64,000 nt of DNA, taken from the NCBI RefSeq assembly GCF_000181795.1, contig NW_003526944.1, positions 3,176,793 to 3,240,792 of the forward strand, given 5' to 3'. Source of the stretch: Trichinella spiralis. Its lineage: Eukaryota. A program made the position numbers and the translations under genes. Below, piece after piece: positions 1-14,055 of this stretch (position 1 is its first letter; every line of letters begins with the position of its first letter). The notes under the pieces are model-generated. The model was given only the letters and a program-made list of their open reading frames with translations. It did no database searches and was not told the DNA's origin.

Positions 1-3000
1 AATTAACAAACAATCATGCTCGATAACTTACAGCTCGAGTTTATATAGATTACAGACTCAAGAACTCCTCAGTGAAGTTTAACTAATTAGTCTAACTCAA
101 AGAATTATACTTACCTAACTTACCCTTGTCTTTGGGATGTCTTCTTTTATCTTCTATTCTTCTGTATCTAAATGTAGAAGAATTAATTTAATGAAATATT
201 GTATAATAAATAAAAAACAAAGCCGTTTTTAATGGTCTTCTTCGTCTGTCATTGCATTGAAAGCGCCATTGTTCATTCGCCGCACCTCGTTCGCCTACAA
301 TCATTTGAAATGAATTTCTAGAGCAACTAATAGTAGCCTCCGGAAAATTTACATAAAGTTCATTTCCAATGATTAACAAGTATGAAACGTATTTCATTTC
401 GTTGAACAAACATTATTTGGGCCACGCATAAGCTCAAAAGCAAACAAATTGAAATTGCATGCTAATTTTAGTTGAATCTGCACCACGCCTTTGTTTGAAA
501 AGATAACATTTTCTATATCTAAGAACATGCCTACGCCATTGCATAATGCACAAATGAACTGGGCAATTGTCGTTCAACGCTGCTTTTAGTTTACAAAGTC
601 AATATACCTTGTTAATGGCTAATATGAAGGCAATTTTCAAACGGCCCCTATTTGCATAAATGTCAGACACTGCGCATGCAACGTTAAAAGCCGACTTACG
701 TAAGTTGAATATGCTACACAATAATGAATTAGAACCTAATGTCAACATAATATAAACAATGGGTGTGCACATTGGTTGCGCCCTCTGACAAGCAAAATTC
801 ACTATATACAAATTTTGATTTATCTGATGTCCTTATGGTGTTCAGTTTCAAAAACAATGTAGAGTGATAATAAAAATAAATAACTTCTGTATGAAAACAG
901 TATTTTTCTGCCCTGCATAATAGAAAGCACTCTGCGCTTAGTGTAATAGACCTGCTTAGTTTAAAATGAAATTTGAAGCTTAACAACTGAAAATTTAAAA
1001 ATTTATCGTCTTCAACAGTAAAAACTTTGTAACCTTAGTGTTAGTAATCTCGAAATCTTAGTATTACTTAGTAACCTTCTTATCCTTAATTTGTCAATTC
1101 AAATAATGTACAGTACTGTATTTTCTATCATTAAGTATTTTTCAGTAATTTCATTTATGAATTATACTTTAAATTCTTATTATTAGATGCTTTTTCTTTT
1201 CCTCATTTTATTTGCTTAATGTAGTTTATATTTTTTGCTTTGTATTCTGTGCTCGTGTAAGATGAAACTGTCTGTTGGAATTACGTCGTTTATTTGAAAT
1301 GACACTTGTATTTGTTTCACTGACAAGGTTGAAGATGTAGTGCAGTCAAGTTAACTTTCATCAGTTAGGTTAATACCTGCAGATTTGCATGTACTTTTAA
1401 TTAATTGCTTTGTGATTCATGCCTGAATTCTTGATATACTTTTATGTCGCTTGTGCTTTTTGCCGTTTGTGCTTATTTGCACACAACGAGGCGTCTGATG
1501 ATTTTCTGCCATGCTTCATATTCCCGCGTTAACCCAACTAAAAGTAGGTTACATGATTAGCAAATACAATTTTACAGAAGCCGCCATGACTTCACTTTCT
1601 TTCCACGGCTTCCCTATTTTGCATCTATTTTCCCAACAAACTCTGCCTACTGCATCATGTGCAGATTATTGTCTCACTTGCCGTTGACTGTCACTATGAC
1701 GTGTTTTTTTATCCAGCTTGCCTGTCTGATCCCTTTATAAACTGCAATCTGACTGAAATCCTGTTCTCCAAACTCCATTTCAGCTCCTTTCTTCCAAATC
1801 CGTCCCCAAACCACCATCACTATTATGTCTTCCCCCATAACTTCAGGCAGTCGTTTGCTTATAATATTGCTGCACAAATGTTGCTCTGAGCTGTTTTCTC
1901 TGATTTCCTTATTCTTACGTACCTGGCAGTCTTATAAACATTTCAATGTGCTTTGAAATGGTATGATAAGCAGTACTTACTGATGTTGAGTATGACGCAA
2001 GATAAAATATCTTTTCTTGTGGAATCTATTGTGGCTGAACAACACTTTACCAGCAGAAAATTAATTATGGATTAGGAATCAAAACGAAGGTGTGTATTGA
2101 AAATTTTGTAAAAAGAAATAATTATATTCCTTCATATTTGTAAAATATACATAGAGAGGCGTTTAAATTACAGGGAGGGGCGGATATAAATCCCCGTACA
2201 GCTTTTCAGCTGCTTCCCAAATCTCACAAAAACACTCCTCTAATTTAGACCACTATTCTTGCAGAATTCATTTTTTCACAACGTTGCAATGCATCAACAC
2301 GAGAGTTCCGGTGAGGTTATCAAAGCAGCAAGGTTAAAGAATGCACTTTGTTAAGAATCGCCAACAAAATAACAAAAATGCCTCGACATAATGAAACTGG
2401 TAATTGCTCTGCTTTAAAGGCAGTGCTACTATCTTTCCACTCAATAATTTGCTACAAAGTCTCTAAAAATTGGCGGTAAAGAATGAAAAACGTCAAAACT
2501 GAATTATATTGCACGATATGCATCTCGTTTGATGCAGCGTGTCAAGGTGGCCGTATTTTTGGTTCTTAAGCGTAGCATACGCAATCAGTTTCTCGTTGAA
2601 AGCTTTAAAAGCGCTATAGATCTTTTGAAGGTTCACTAGAAAAACAAACCGACCTCTCGAATCATTTTAAAACAGTTGTGAATGGTTTCAACATCAGAAG
2701 ATTTAGTAATGGTCAAACTCAAACAGTGTCATTTTGTAAGCCTTTTTTGTATCTTCAACTTCTGAGACCAATGACAAAATTAAACCGGCAACCAAACACT
2801 GCATGATTGCGAACGCATTTGTTACTTGGCCATAGTGCTGTAAGTAACCGGTGCATTTTTCTGTGAGAATGAATACGTGAATACAACTTCTTCGTTTCAA
2901 TGACATCTATATCTTGAGGTGTCATCGCCGTAGAAATCTGGATACAGTTAGGTTGTTAGTGAACGCCGGATTGTCTATTATTTCTGATTAGTGCTTCTGT

Positions 3001-5399
3001 GATACACTGACAATAAAAGAGGCTTTTCACATGAGTTTGAGTTCCATTAAATTTTCACAATGATGAAGACACCCAAGTCACCCACCTCCCATATCAGCGT
3101 TGCTGTATATATGCCATTATTTATTTGCAGTGGAGTAGTCACTTTTAATTTTTTACCATGAATGTCATGTATTGGTAAAATTTTTCAAAATTTTAAAATG
3201 ACTGAAATATAGATAGAACAATGAATGTCTTCTACTTACATATTGTCTTTCTTCCTTTGTCAGATCTATGTATGCATTTCCAACAATTCCCACTCTGGAA
3301 AAGTAATTAGGAATTAGAAATTTAAAAACAAATCCTATGAATTTTAATATTATTATCAAGCACTGTTATTTGTCTTCAGTTATCTTTTACAACATGGATA
3401 CTGCATATTTGTTTATCTGATGATAAACATGCAAATCCGCAATACATAACCATATATTTATTGTATCACTTACTTGTTTATAATATGCAGATGAATTCAA
3501 GCATGTAGAAAATGCTGAAGGGTTGTAGTTTCAAGGATCAAGTAATTGCTATATTAATATGATACTTGTTTGTCTGCAGTTACTATAAAAAACAAAAGTA
3601 ACATGGAAATTGGAATATTTCAATGTAAGTAATAAACCGGAAAAACCAAATTTATTTGTCATATTAGGCAAATCATGCATAGAATATCTGCACCTTATCG
3701 AATAATACTTACATTTTAATTATAGACGATATACAAGAGTGTGATTAAATTTACGAGCCTTCTATTATGAAGTCAAACTAAATAAGTGACCACAAAGGCG
3801 GCATTCTGCCATATAGTATGGTAGTAAGTTAAGTTGCCTTTGGATATACAACCTATTTTTGATGCGTGAGAGCGTAATAGCATAAATTATAAGTGTAGTT
3901 TTATTAATTTGTCTGTTATAATCAGAGTTCTTTTGCTTAAAGGCATGTAAGCTGATGAACAGTGCAAATAGTATGGAAATTCATTTCATCAATTTCAATT
4001 AGTACATTAGCATTACTGGTTCAATTTGTTATATTAACAAATGTAATTGTTGTATGTTGTAAAAAAATTGAAATTGTTATTCTTTATACTACGTCATATT
4101 TTATATTACCATCATATATTTAGGCGGATAATAGATATCTTTGAAAGAAAAGCGGAAGAACCAGTTAACGGAAAATGAAATTTTATTACATACAATTTCT
4201 AAAGGATCTCTGAAATGAATTCCTTTTTTTAACTCTCATTACTGGAAATTATTAATTTTGCTCCTACATCCAAGCATAGAATGAATGTTAGTAAAAAAAA
4301 TAGAAATTTCATGGTTTTTAGCAGGAATATCGTTAAAGACCTACAGGCTAAGATAAAATAAATTTAATGAAGTGCAAAAATTAAAGTTCAACCATACAGA
4401 AAAAGCATCAGTTACGTTGGAAACCGTTAAAACACTTCCACAAGTTACGTGATCAATACTAACACGGTAATTCGGTTTCAGTAACTCACCATTAGAAAGA
4501 AGATTTGTTGGGGAATTCAATGAGGCTGTACATAAGTATTGGAACCGGTACTGTGGATAAACTATTCGACAAAATTTTGGATAATGTACTGGGCAGTAGT
4601 AGATTTCACCAATTATTCTGATGGATTTCTCAGTACATTCATCTTGCACAATATTGGTCGCACAGCATTTGTGATTAGCAGGTTGTTTTATGTGAAGCAT
4701 ATATGAACAGTAAAGAATAGATGGTCTGAAATGAAATAACAGTTTCTGAAGATAGTATTGAAGAGAAGAGCAGAACGCTCTTCTTGACTGCTGCTCAACA
4801 CACTGAAAGACTAAATAACCATGAGGATGAAATTCTTCTAATTTATACAGGGTCAAGTCGACGGAATTAGCATATGACATTGCCTTAGGTAAAATCAATT
4901 CACTGTTAATCCTAAAAGCGTAATTACATTACATTACATTACATTACAATCGAACATTTCTTTAACCCCTTCAGACACAAATTTTTTTCTGTGGAACAGT
5001 CTTTTTTTAATATGCGTTTTAGACATATTATGTTTTCTGAGGAAAGTGATAATCGTAATCCAAGCAATTATGAGGGCGTTGAGGGGAGTAAATATAATGT
5101 GCATTTTCCGTTAAAGCAGATTGGATCAAAATTGATACAGGTAATCTAAGCAACTGCACTCAGCACCTTAAAACTTTGGAAACTGCTGTCAATTTTAGCA
5201 CCATCTTCACATCAAGGTTTAGTATTAAAAAATTATTATTTTTAATTTCTGCTCAGTTCTCAATTTATACATCAAAATGCAAATTCATGTTTTTTCATCT
5301 CATCTACATGTACAGTAGGGTGCATTATAAAAAATCTACAAAGATGAGAAGAAAATTGGCAATAAAATATTGTTAAGACCAGTGTCAAGAGCTCGTAAA

Positions 5400-8300
5400 C
5401 ACAAGAATGGCTAACAAGCACGTTTTAGTGAATAGCTATGCTGCATAAAACATTATGTATCAAAATTGATACCTTGGGCATTAAAGGTTTTAATAATGAA
5501 AGTTACTTCGTATGTATTCGTCCTTTATGTAATATAATACGATATAGATAAATTTATTTTTAAGTGTATTCTTCATGAATGTTAAAGAAGGAAAATTAGA
5601 TTGATCAAACACGTAAAATATTGCACTGCGCTGCTCATTTTGAATACACAATTTACTCAAATGCCATGATGTTGCATATACTAAAAATCACGCATACTGA
5701 TTCTGTTTCAAGAAAGCAGCAGAATAGTATAGATTAAGATAGACAATGCCTCACATTTACTACATATTTATTGCAAAAACAATGGGCATTTTCTCATGAA
5801 ACCCTGAATAACAGTATCATTCAACGATGTGAAAAACAACTCAACAACAAAAGTATAAATTAAGAAAAAAAGGCTTCAACCGTTCGCCAAAAAACAGCAG
5901 AGGCAAAAATAGTCCAAGGCATTTACTAATAGATCCATAAAACGATTTACTCTCAAAATCATATCAATTAATTGGAAAAATTTAGAAAACAACAACAAAT
6001 TTTGCCTCAAAATTGCTTGTGTAGTATTTGGTGAGATATTGACTTAAAATTTGAAATAAAATGGAACATTGGTGGAAAAGAAAACAAAAGAATTATAATA
6101 TATAGACAATAAATAAAAATGCAAGGAAAGTCATTTTGTAAAAAATTTATTACAATGCATTTAAAAATTTCAGCGAAAAAATCATATCAATCAAATAAAA
6201 TTTCTTCCTGACTTTTCTTTATCATGTACAGCATCTTAAATCTTCAAAATTTTCAAACGTAATTTCTTCGATTAATGGCGCTTCTGAAGTGGTAATTTCT
6301 AAATATAAACAAACGCAATAAAATATAAATATACTATAAAATATATTATATATCAAATATAAATATATTCAAATAAATATAATAAGTAAATAAAGAGATG
6401 GAAATGCAAATTTGTTGCAATATCGCATTTATTCCTTTCATAAATGTCAAATTTTGAAACCAGTTGTTTTATAAATTTCTCAAAAAATCATTGATTAGAT
6501 ATTATAGAAAATTTATGAGCATTTATTCCAGGGGCTACTGCTATCAATTATAACAAATGCAATAACAAATTTTCATTTCAAATTTCCTAGCAACATTTCA
6601 TTATTTTTACAGAACTTTAAAGTGAATATCAAATGGTTGACAAAAATACTATGGAAACGGGCATTTAGTTGTGATAAATATTTAATTTAATTACTTTTAT
6701 TTCAGTTTTATGCAACTTCCATAGCAAGGTACCACATTAAAATCACATTGTCACATGAGGCGCATAGCTACAGTCAAAAAGCGAAATACAATTCAAAGAG
6801 GGACATGCTTGGTATCAATGAAACGCTAATTGAATAATAAATATCATGTACTACATGGTATTCAATGAAATGATTAGTTTTTGAACAAAGAGAGACAGAT
6901 AACAAAGAAGAAATTTTGTGAAAAACTTGCTGGACCTTTTTCGCAAAACAGCGAAGGAAGAAAAATGCGACATTAGTGGGAATGAAAATAATAGAAATAA
7001 AACATACAGTTAAACAAATATGCATGAAAAATGATTTTGTAAAGATTTATTTCATATTTTCGAAGAATCAAGCGAAGGGAATTATTTCCAAACAAAATTT
7101 GTTCCTGAATTTTCTTTTCCGCTTACAGAATCCGTAAGCTTAAAATTTTTCAAAAGTAAATTCTAAGAATAATTGCGCTTCTGAAATGAGAATTAATCAA
7201 AATGAAGAAATGAGAATGCAAATTTGATGCAATATTGCATTTATTCCTTTCATAAATGTGAAACTTTGAAACCAGTTTTGTTATAAAATTTCTCAAAATA
7301 TCAGCGATTGCTTATTCTTCAATATGTGTGCACGTTTATTCTCCCCAGTACTGCTTTCAATGTTTTCAAATGCAATGAATAATTTGTCGCTCTTTCGTAG
7401 CAATATTTTTGCAGAACTTTAAAGAATATCAAATGGTTGACAAAAATACTATGGAAGCGGGCATTTATTTGTGATAAATATTTAATTTAATTACTTTTAT
7501 TTCAATTTTATACAACTGCCATAGCAAGGTACCACATTAAAACCACATTGTCACATGAGGCACATAGCTACAGTTAAAAAGCGAAATACTATTCAAAGGG
7601 GGACATGTTTGGTATCAATGAAACGCAAATTGAATAATAAATACCATGTACTACATGGAATTAAATGAAATAATTAGTTTTTGAACAAAGAGAGACATGC
7701 AAGGCATACGTTATGACATTCAGGCATTAATGCATGTTAAAGGAAGATAATGTTGAAAATTCATTTCAATCAAGCATAATAAAAAGATAAATAAATAAGA
7801 AATAAGTATGTTGAACGAATTCCATTTCAGTTAGTTCTGAAAGAACATCAATAAATTTATCAAAACAGAGTATAAATGAAGAAAAAATGGATTGCTCAAA
7901 CAAGTAATATATTGCAAAAGGCAGCGTAGTTTGATTGCATTCTTTACGCAAATGTCAAAACTGCTACGCTAGATAAAAATCACGCATCCCAGTTTCGTTT
8001 CGAGAAAGTTATAAGTGGCAACTTCCCTATGTATTAACTTAGGCGCAATGCCTTAACTTCAATAGCCATTTATTCAAAAAATGCAGAACAGTTTCACCTG
8101 AAACTCTCCATAACACTATTATTTATCATTGCAAACATCCACCATTTAAAAGAGGAAGAAATTATGAGAAAAACTTTCTGAACTTTTTTCGCAAACAGCG
8201 AAGATATGCTAAAACGATTGAAAAGAAAAGACATAAAATATACAGTTAAATAAATATGCAAGATACATGAATTTGTGAAAATTTATCACCAATGTTCAAA

Positions 8301-9420
8301 TAATCGAGCGAACAGAAGTATCTCTTTCAAACTAAATTTGTTCCTGACTTTCGTTTTTTGTTACAGAATGCTTAAAATTTCAAATTTTTTTAAGCGTAAT
8401 TTCTTTGTTTGACTACTCTTCTCAAATAGATATTAGCGAAAATTATGACAGGAGAATGCAATTCTGACGCAATATTCACTTTCTCTCTTCTATAAATGTT
8501 AAATTTGCTTGGCAGCTTGGCTAATTCATTGTATCTATAAGTTCACTTGTGATGGATTGTTAATTAATTTATTTTTATTGCATTTCCAATTAAGGTTTAC
8601 GCAAACTATTCCATTTTCAATGCATTTTCATAAGCGGTATGCCAGGAGTGTTGGAAAGCGAAAATATACTCAAAGAATCATACTTTTCATATCATTGCTA
8701 AGCTGATTGATCAGTAAAGATGATGAACCACATAGTAATGCGTGCAATGATAGTTTTTAACAAATAAAAGATATGAAAAGCATATAATAGGACAATCAGG
8801 TATTTTTCAAAGTGAAAGCAAAATATCGTTGGAAATTCTTCCAATGGTACATTTTAAATAGATAAATTAATATAAAGTTAGTATTGTCGGATGTTCTATG
8901 TCAAGATCATGCCGATTGGAAACACCTTCGATCAAATTAATCAAAATGGCCTATAAATGGAGGGAAATTTGATCGCAGAAATGCAAAAAATATCATGCGA
9001 GGCATCAAATGTTAAATGATTCCTTTACTAATATACACAAGGTGTTCCATTTGGGGAAACTCACGCATGCTAGTTGCGTATAATGAGAATTTCAGATTGG
9101 CGAATTCTTTGTGTATTAATTTGCAACCAACATATTGTCTGCTGTGATACCTACATAGAACGTTAGTATAACTGTAAAAATCACTTACCTTTTAACCATC
9201 GATTATACTGAAGAGGAGATTTTATTGCACTTCTTGTGGGACGTTCTTTACGCTGTTTACTATGAAGACTATGAATAAGCGTGAAGATGACATTGTCAAA
9301 AGTATTTGAATTTCAAGGAAATAGAATAATATGACATTGCCTTGGGTGATGTGAATTCATTTTTGCTCAGTTTTAGCGTAACGGTATAGAAACATTATGA
9401 TAAAGTGTACTAATTGCTCA
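5400..9420. repeat. Degenerate local tandem/segmental duplication array
   Basis: Visible paralogous blocks: ~6403-6897 vs ~7215-7697 (long near-identical stretches, e.g. aatatcaaatggttgacaaaaatactatggaa...ccatagcaaggtaccacattaaaa); ~6910-7200 vs ~8160-8450; ~5600-5830 vs ~7880-8120 (aaaaatcacgcat motif). No reading frame is conserved between copies. Boundaries are approximate. Confidence 0.8.
8682..9420. repeat. Duplicated segment, copy 1 (blocks A+B joined)
   Basis: 8682-9119 is near-identical to 11267-11702; 9115-~9420 matches 12494-~12830 with more divergence. Confidence 0.9.
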
Positions 9421-10553
9421 TTAAGAAGAACGTGCATGGTTTTGACGTAGCATTCTGTGGAAGCAAATAATGATATATATGAAGTTATTACTGATATAAT
9501 TAGGTAAAGCTATGATGATGACGTAATATTTTACATTTGAACTTCGGATTGTCATTATTCCATTCTTAAATACCTATGAAATTGTCAGAAATTTCCTCTG
9601 GGTGCTTGAATAATGTTAAAATTACAATTGAAATCGAAAATGAAAATGTTCAGTAGATGTCGATCTGATTCAAACGATGAAGTCAATTTTGCCTGAGCTG
9701 CAGTTTTTTGAAAAAGAACTACATGCATATTTTACGTTTATTGAGAGTGTACAGTTAGCATTTGTATTCTAGAGTTGAGGAATGCTGAACAATGAGTTCA
9801 AGAATGGCATTCATCAGCAAAACACTTATTTGGTTTCGAAATGTGCCAGTAATTTTTTAATTACTTTCTAAAAACGTTTTATTAGAAAATGGCAACAGTA
9901 TGAAAAACATTTTTATTAAATTACACAAAAATTTCCAATCTACTTCAAAGATGAAAAATCATTGTCACAATGTTATGAATATTAACGTTCAACTATCCAG
10001 AGCAACGCAGCGTTTTTGCTCTGGGAGATGAACGTATGAGAATCTAATATGAGGAACAAATGCAAGAAGCGCATTTCAAAAGAAATACAATTCCGAAAAA
10101 GATGAATTCAAAAGAATTCCATACCTAAAATAAACCTAAAGCACAAACAAACAAGTGATAAAATTAAAATGCAGCTGTGAATCGTAAAAAGGAAAACGGA
10201 AACATTGCCGCAAACATTAATAGTATTTTAATCAAAATAATCAAGATACAACACGTCGCATAAAAATAATATTTTTATCATAATGCGCTACTCATGGCCA
10301 GGGAAATATTTTATTAACACAAAGTAACCATTCAAAAGATATGAGGAATGAATGCAATCAAACGAAAATCAAATAAAAAGAAACCACATATATATATATA
10401 TATAAACATTATACATTAGAAATTCTCGAATTGTTGGGGAAAAGGGAAAATGTCATGTTACCATTGAAAGTACAATTATAAACACTGCAGCAGTAAAGTA
10501 AATGCATTGACTAGGCCCGTACACCGCAAGCGAATTAATGGAATTAACTGCGT

Positions 10554-11231
10554 TATTGATAACGCAACCATGCCACGTTAATTAATACGCGCAATGCATA
10601 TAAAGACCCGCGCAATGCTAAAGCATAGCAAAGCACGGCATTCAACGACCAAGACGGATAAAGGGTTATTGTACAAAAAACCAGACAGAGTAACATAAAA
10701 AATAACAATTTCGAAATCTGCATTATTTAATGAACTTATTTGATGATATACAAGACAATTATAGTACGCTTGTAATTTTTTGGATTAAAAAATGGAAAAC
10801 TGAAAAAGCAGTATCCAGCTCTTCTAAGATATGCAGCGCAAATCATTTATGGGCAAATTACTGAGATGTAGTTTTCATTTCATGTATTGAACGATTAGTA
10901 ATTACAAGAAAACCAATGACTCATATCAGCTTCATTTTATGCGTGTTTTTGTGAATATTCACCACTCCCGCTCTAAACATTAAACGTACAATTCATAGCT
11001 CAGCAGTGCTCTTCCAACGCTTTGCCCAGGCATGAACTAGCCACGTTAATCAAGCAAACAAGCGCTACGCTATTGATAACGTAACCATGCCACGTTAATT
11101 AATAAGTGCAATGCATATAAAGCCCTGCGCAACGCTAAAGCATTGCAAAGCACGGCATTCAACGACAAACACGGATGGAGGACTATTGTACAAAAAACCA
11201 ACCAGAATAACATAAAAAATGAGAATTTCGA
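10554..11231. repeat. ~160-bp direct repeat pair (10554-10714 and 11071-11231)
   Basis: tattgataacg(c/t)aaccatgccacgttaattaata...gcatataaag...gcaaagcacggcattcaacgac...tattgtacaaaaaa...aacataaaaaat...aatttcga is present twice. Confidence 0.9.
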
Positions 11232-11266
11232 TGAAATTTTGAAATTTTAAATTGTTGAAAAAAAAA

Positions 11267-12830
11267 ACTTTTCATATCATTGTAAGCAAATTGAATAATA
11301 AAGATGATGAACAACATAGTAATGCGAAAATGATAGTTTTTAACAAATAAAAGTTAGGAAAAGCTTACAATTGGACAATCAGGTATTTTTCAAAGTGAAA
11401 GCAAATTATCGTTGGAAATTCTTCCAACGGTACATTATAAATAGATAAATTAATATAAAGTTAGTATTGTCGGATGTTCTATGTCAAGATCATGCCGATT
11501 GGAAACACCTTCGATCAAATTAATCAAAATTGGCTATAAATGGAGGGAAATTTGATCGCAGAAATGCAAAAAATATCGTGCGAGGCATCAAATGTTAAAT
11601 GATTCCTTTACTAATATACACAAGGTGTTTTATTTGGGGAAACTCACGCATGCTAGTTGCGTATAATGAGAATTTCAGATTGGCGAATTCTTTGTGTATT
11701 AACATGGGCAATGTGCTAAGTTTAGGAGCCATTTATTGCAAAAACTCACGGTTCTTTTTCATGAAACATTTCAAAACAATTTACTCTATCCATATGAATC
11801 GAAGTTGGTAGGAAAATGCAAATATTGCGAAACAACGTTTTTCAGCACCCAAAACAGCAAAATCTATTTATTCCATGAAATTTTGATTTCTATTCGAAAA
11901 TCTTTCAAACAAGTGATATAGACGAATTAAAAAAAATGCAAAATCTATTGCCACATTTTCACACAATTCCTAGTAGCGTAGTTTTGGAGATTTTGCTGTA
12001 GTAAATCAGCTACCAAATTTGGATGCTAACGGTAATGACAAAAAAAATAAAATCTTTAATAGTCACGCATACGACTTGTTGTGCTTTTAATTGTCTGAGT
12101 TGCTCAAGTGGCTCTGATTGAAATTTATTTCGACACTGTCAATGGTTCCCGAAATAAGGATGCTCCTTGTTGAGAGAGAAGAACATGAAATTTGTACTTG
12201 ACTGCTATTTATATAATTCAAGCTACATAAAATTTAGATGTTTTATTTGAGCTACTGTATTCAATGATTACGATTTAGAATTAGCGTACAATGAAATTTA
12301 CTATTTTTCAAATTAATAATTTATTGCAACACAATATTTTTTACATAAATCCCATTTTATAAAATGAGATTTGAACAATGTTGCTACGTAGCGCAACGAA
12401 ATGTGCATTAGTATGGATAGTTGATTATATAAATATTATTATATATCTAGGCCGTGAAGCTGATCTGAATGTTAGTCGGAAAAACTGAAATCCATTAATT
12501 TGCAACTAACATATTGTCTGTAGTGATACCTACATAGAACGTTGGTTAGTATAATTGTGAAAATGACTGACTCACTATTTTACCATTGATGATGTTGAAG
12601 AGGAGACTTTATCGCGCTTGTTAACCGCTGTTCTTTCCACAGATTACTATGAAGATTGTGAATAACTATGAAGATGGCATTTTGAAAAGTCGGTCAAGTT
12701 CAAGGAATTATTAATAGTCAAAATATTCAATGTAGAGTAATCTGACTTTGCCTGTAATATGATGTAAATTCTTTTTGGCTCAGTTATGGCGTATTTGCAT
12801 AGAAACATTAAGATAAACTTTTCTAACTGC
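11267..12830. repeat. Duplicated segment, copy 2 (block A + 796-bp extra + block B)
   Basis: Direct comparison with 8682-9420; ATTAA occurs at both ends of the extra segment (11698-11702 and 12494-12498). Confidence 0.85.
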
Positions 12831-12959
12831 TGAAAGTTATTATGATTTCGTTGAAAGTTAATAAAGCATTGCCGGAATAAAGCAAATAAGATTGCGCATT
12901 CGACCCGTTAATTCTCTCTCATCTGATAGATTTTTTCATAATGATGTAATAAAGATATA

Positions 12960-12981
12960 ATAATAATAATAATAATAATAA
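12960..12981. repeat. (AAT)n microsatellite upstream of tRNA
   Basis: ataataataataataataataa seen directly. Many similar (TA)n, (CA)n, (AAT)n, (CAT)n and (AAAC)n tracts occur across the window, e.g. 16784-16813, 27346-27377, 28296-28324. Confidence 0.9.
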
Positions 12982-13009
12982 AATGTTATAGTGATAAATG
13001 CAATGATGA

Positions 13010-13091
13010 GATGAGGTGGCCGAGTGGTTAAGGCGATGGACTGCTAATCCATTGGGGTTTCCCCGCGTGAGTTCGAATCTCATCCTCATCG
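13010..13091 (+). tRNA. tRNA-Ser (anticodon GCT)
   Basis: Full cloverleaf: acceptor GATGAGG/CCTCATC with discriminator G; A-box TGGCCGAGTGG; anticodon arm ATGGA-CTGCTAA-TCCAT (GCT at 13043-13045); long variable arm GGGG-TTT-CCCC; T arm GTGAG-TTCGAAT-CTCAT. 82 nt, no intron. Confidence 0.97.
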
Positions 13092-14055
13092 AATAATTTA
13101 TGTTATTTCCTTGATTTGTCCTTTGTATCCTTTGATTTTGTACTTGAAGTACGGGTACAGCTTGAACGGGTAAAAAGATTTACCAACTCAACTGGTTGGT
13201 ATCTGATAAAGTTTACATAAGACATTTTATTTGTCTTTCTGTACAGTGATTGTTTTCAGCCGAATAATTTGGAAAAAGTAAAGCTGAGATGCAATGATGA
13301 AAGAAAATAGATAAATTGTTTCACACAATTTTAGAATATTTTTCTGCAGAGTACATTTTTGCTGGTTTATGAAATCTTTCTTTGTTTATTTTTTAATAAT
13401 AATGCTGCTGAATTGAGATTATTGATATTATGTTACTGTTACCAACTGCTTGCTCAGTGTTTACCTACGCTTATGCTGTATAGAATAATTTTGGAATGAA
13501 TGTATTATGATATGTTTATGATCATTTTTTTCATATACACAATTAGAATTGTCAAAAATCAACTGATAACGGTTTCGAAAACACAGTTTGTTGATCGCAT
13601 TTAAAGGATAAATAATAAATACATCAGCATGTGAATTTTAATAGGCATACACTTAGAAAAAGTAAACAAACAAGCAATCAATCAATCATTGATTCATAAC
13701 GTTGCATTTGGTTGGCATTCAATTTGTACAAATTGTTGTGCTATTTTTGTTCTGTCTGCAGAATTTTGTCTCCCAATGTTTTTGTGCGCATTTTAACACA
13801 CCAGCACAGATATACATATATATATATATATATATATACATATACAAACGAGTATACACACTGACGTGTAACACTGACAAACATTGGTTGAAAAAATGTG
13901 TATGCACAAAGAGAAAGAAAAAAAATGAAAAAGGCAAGAAAAGCGGGAAAACAAACAAACAAACAAACAAACAAATAAATAAACAAAAATTCAAAATTGA
14001 TTAAATTATACGAAAAAAGAACAACGACGTGTGCATTTATTCGTTTGCTTGTTTG

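Noticed and set aside
107..116. ATACTTACCT resembling the U1 snRNA 5' end
   Set aside because: No U1 body follows; it is simply a consensus splice donor (AGGTAAGTAT) on the minus strand.
1..300. Exon-like segments with splice signals on minus at the window start
   Set aside because: Could not assemble a consistent recognisable reading frame, so not called as a gene.
10772..10783. AATTTTTTGG resembling an Sm-binding site (SL/snRNA)
   Set aside because: No leader-plus-donor or stem-loop context recognised; common by chance in AT-rich DNA.
11703..12494. piggyBac-like insertion with TTAA target duplication
   Set aside because: No terminal inverted repeats, and the segment start is homologous to another paralog, favouring deletion in the other copy.
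5400..12830. CRISPR-like or prokaryotic/HGT island interpretation of the repeats
   Set aside because: Repeats are hundreds of bp, irregular and spacer-free; all recognised genes are eukaryotic.
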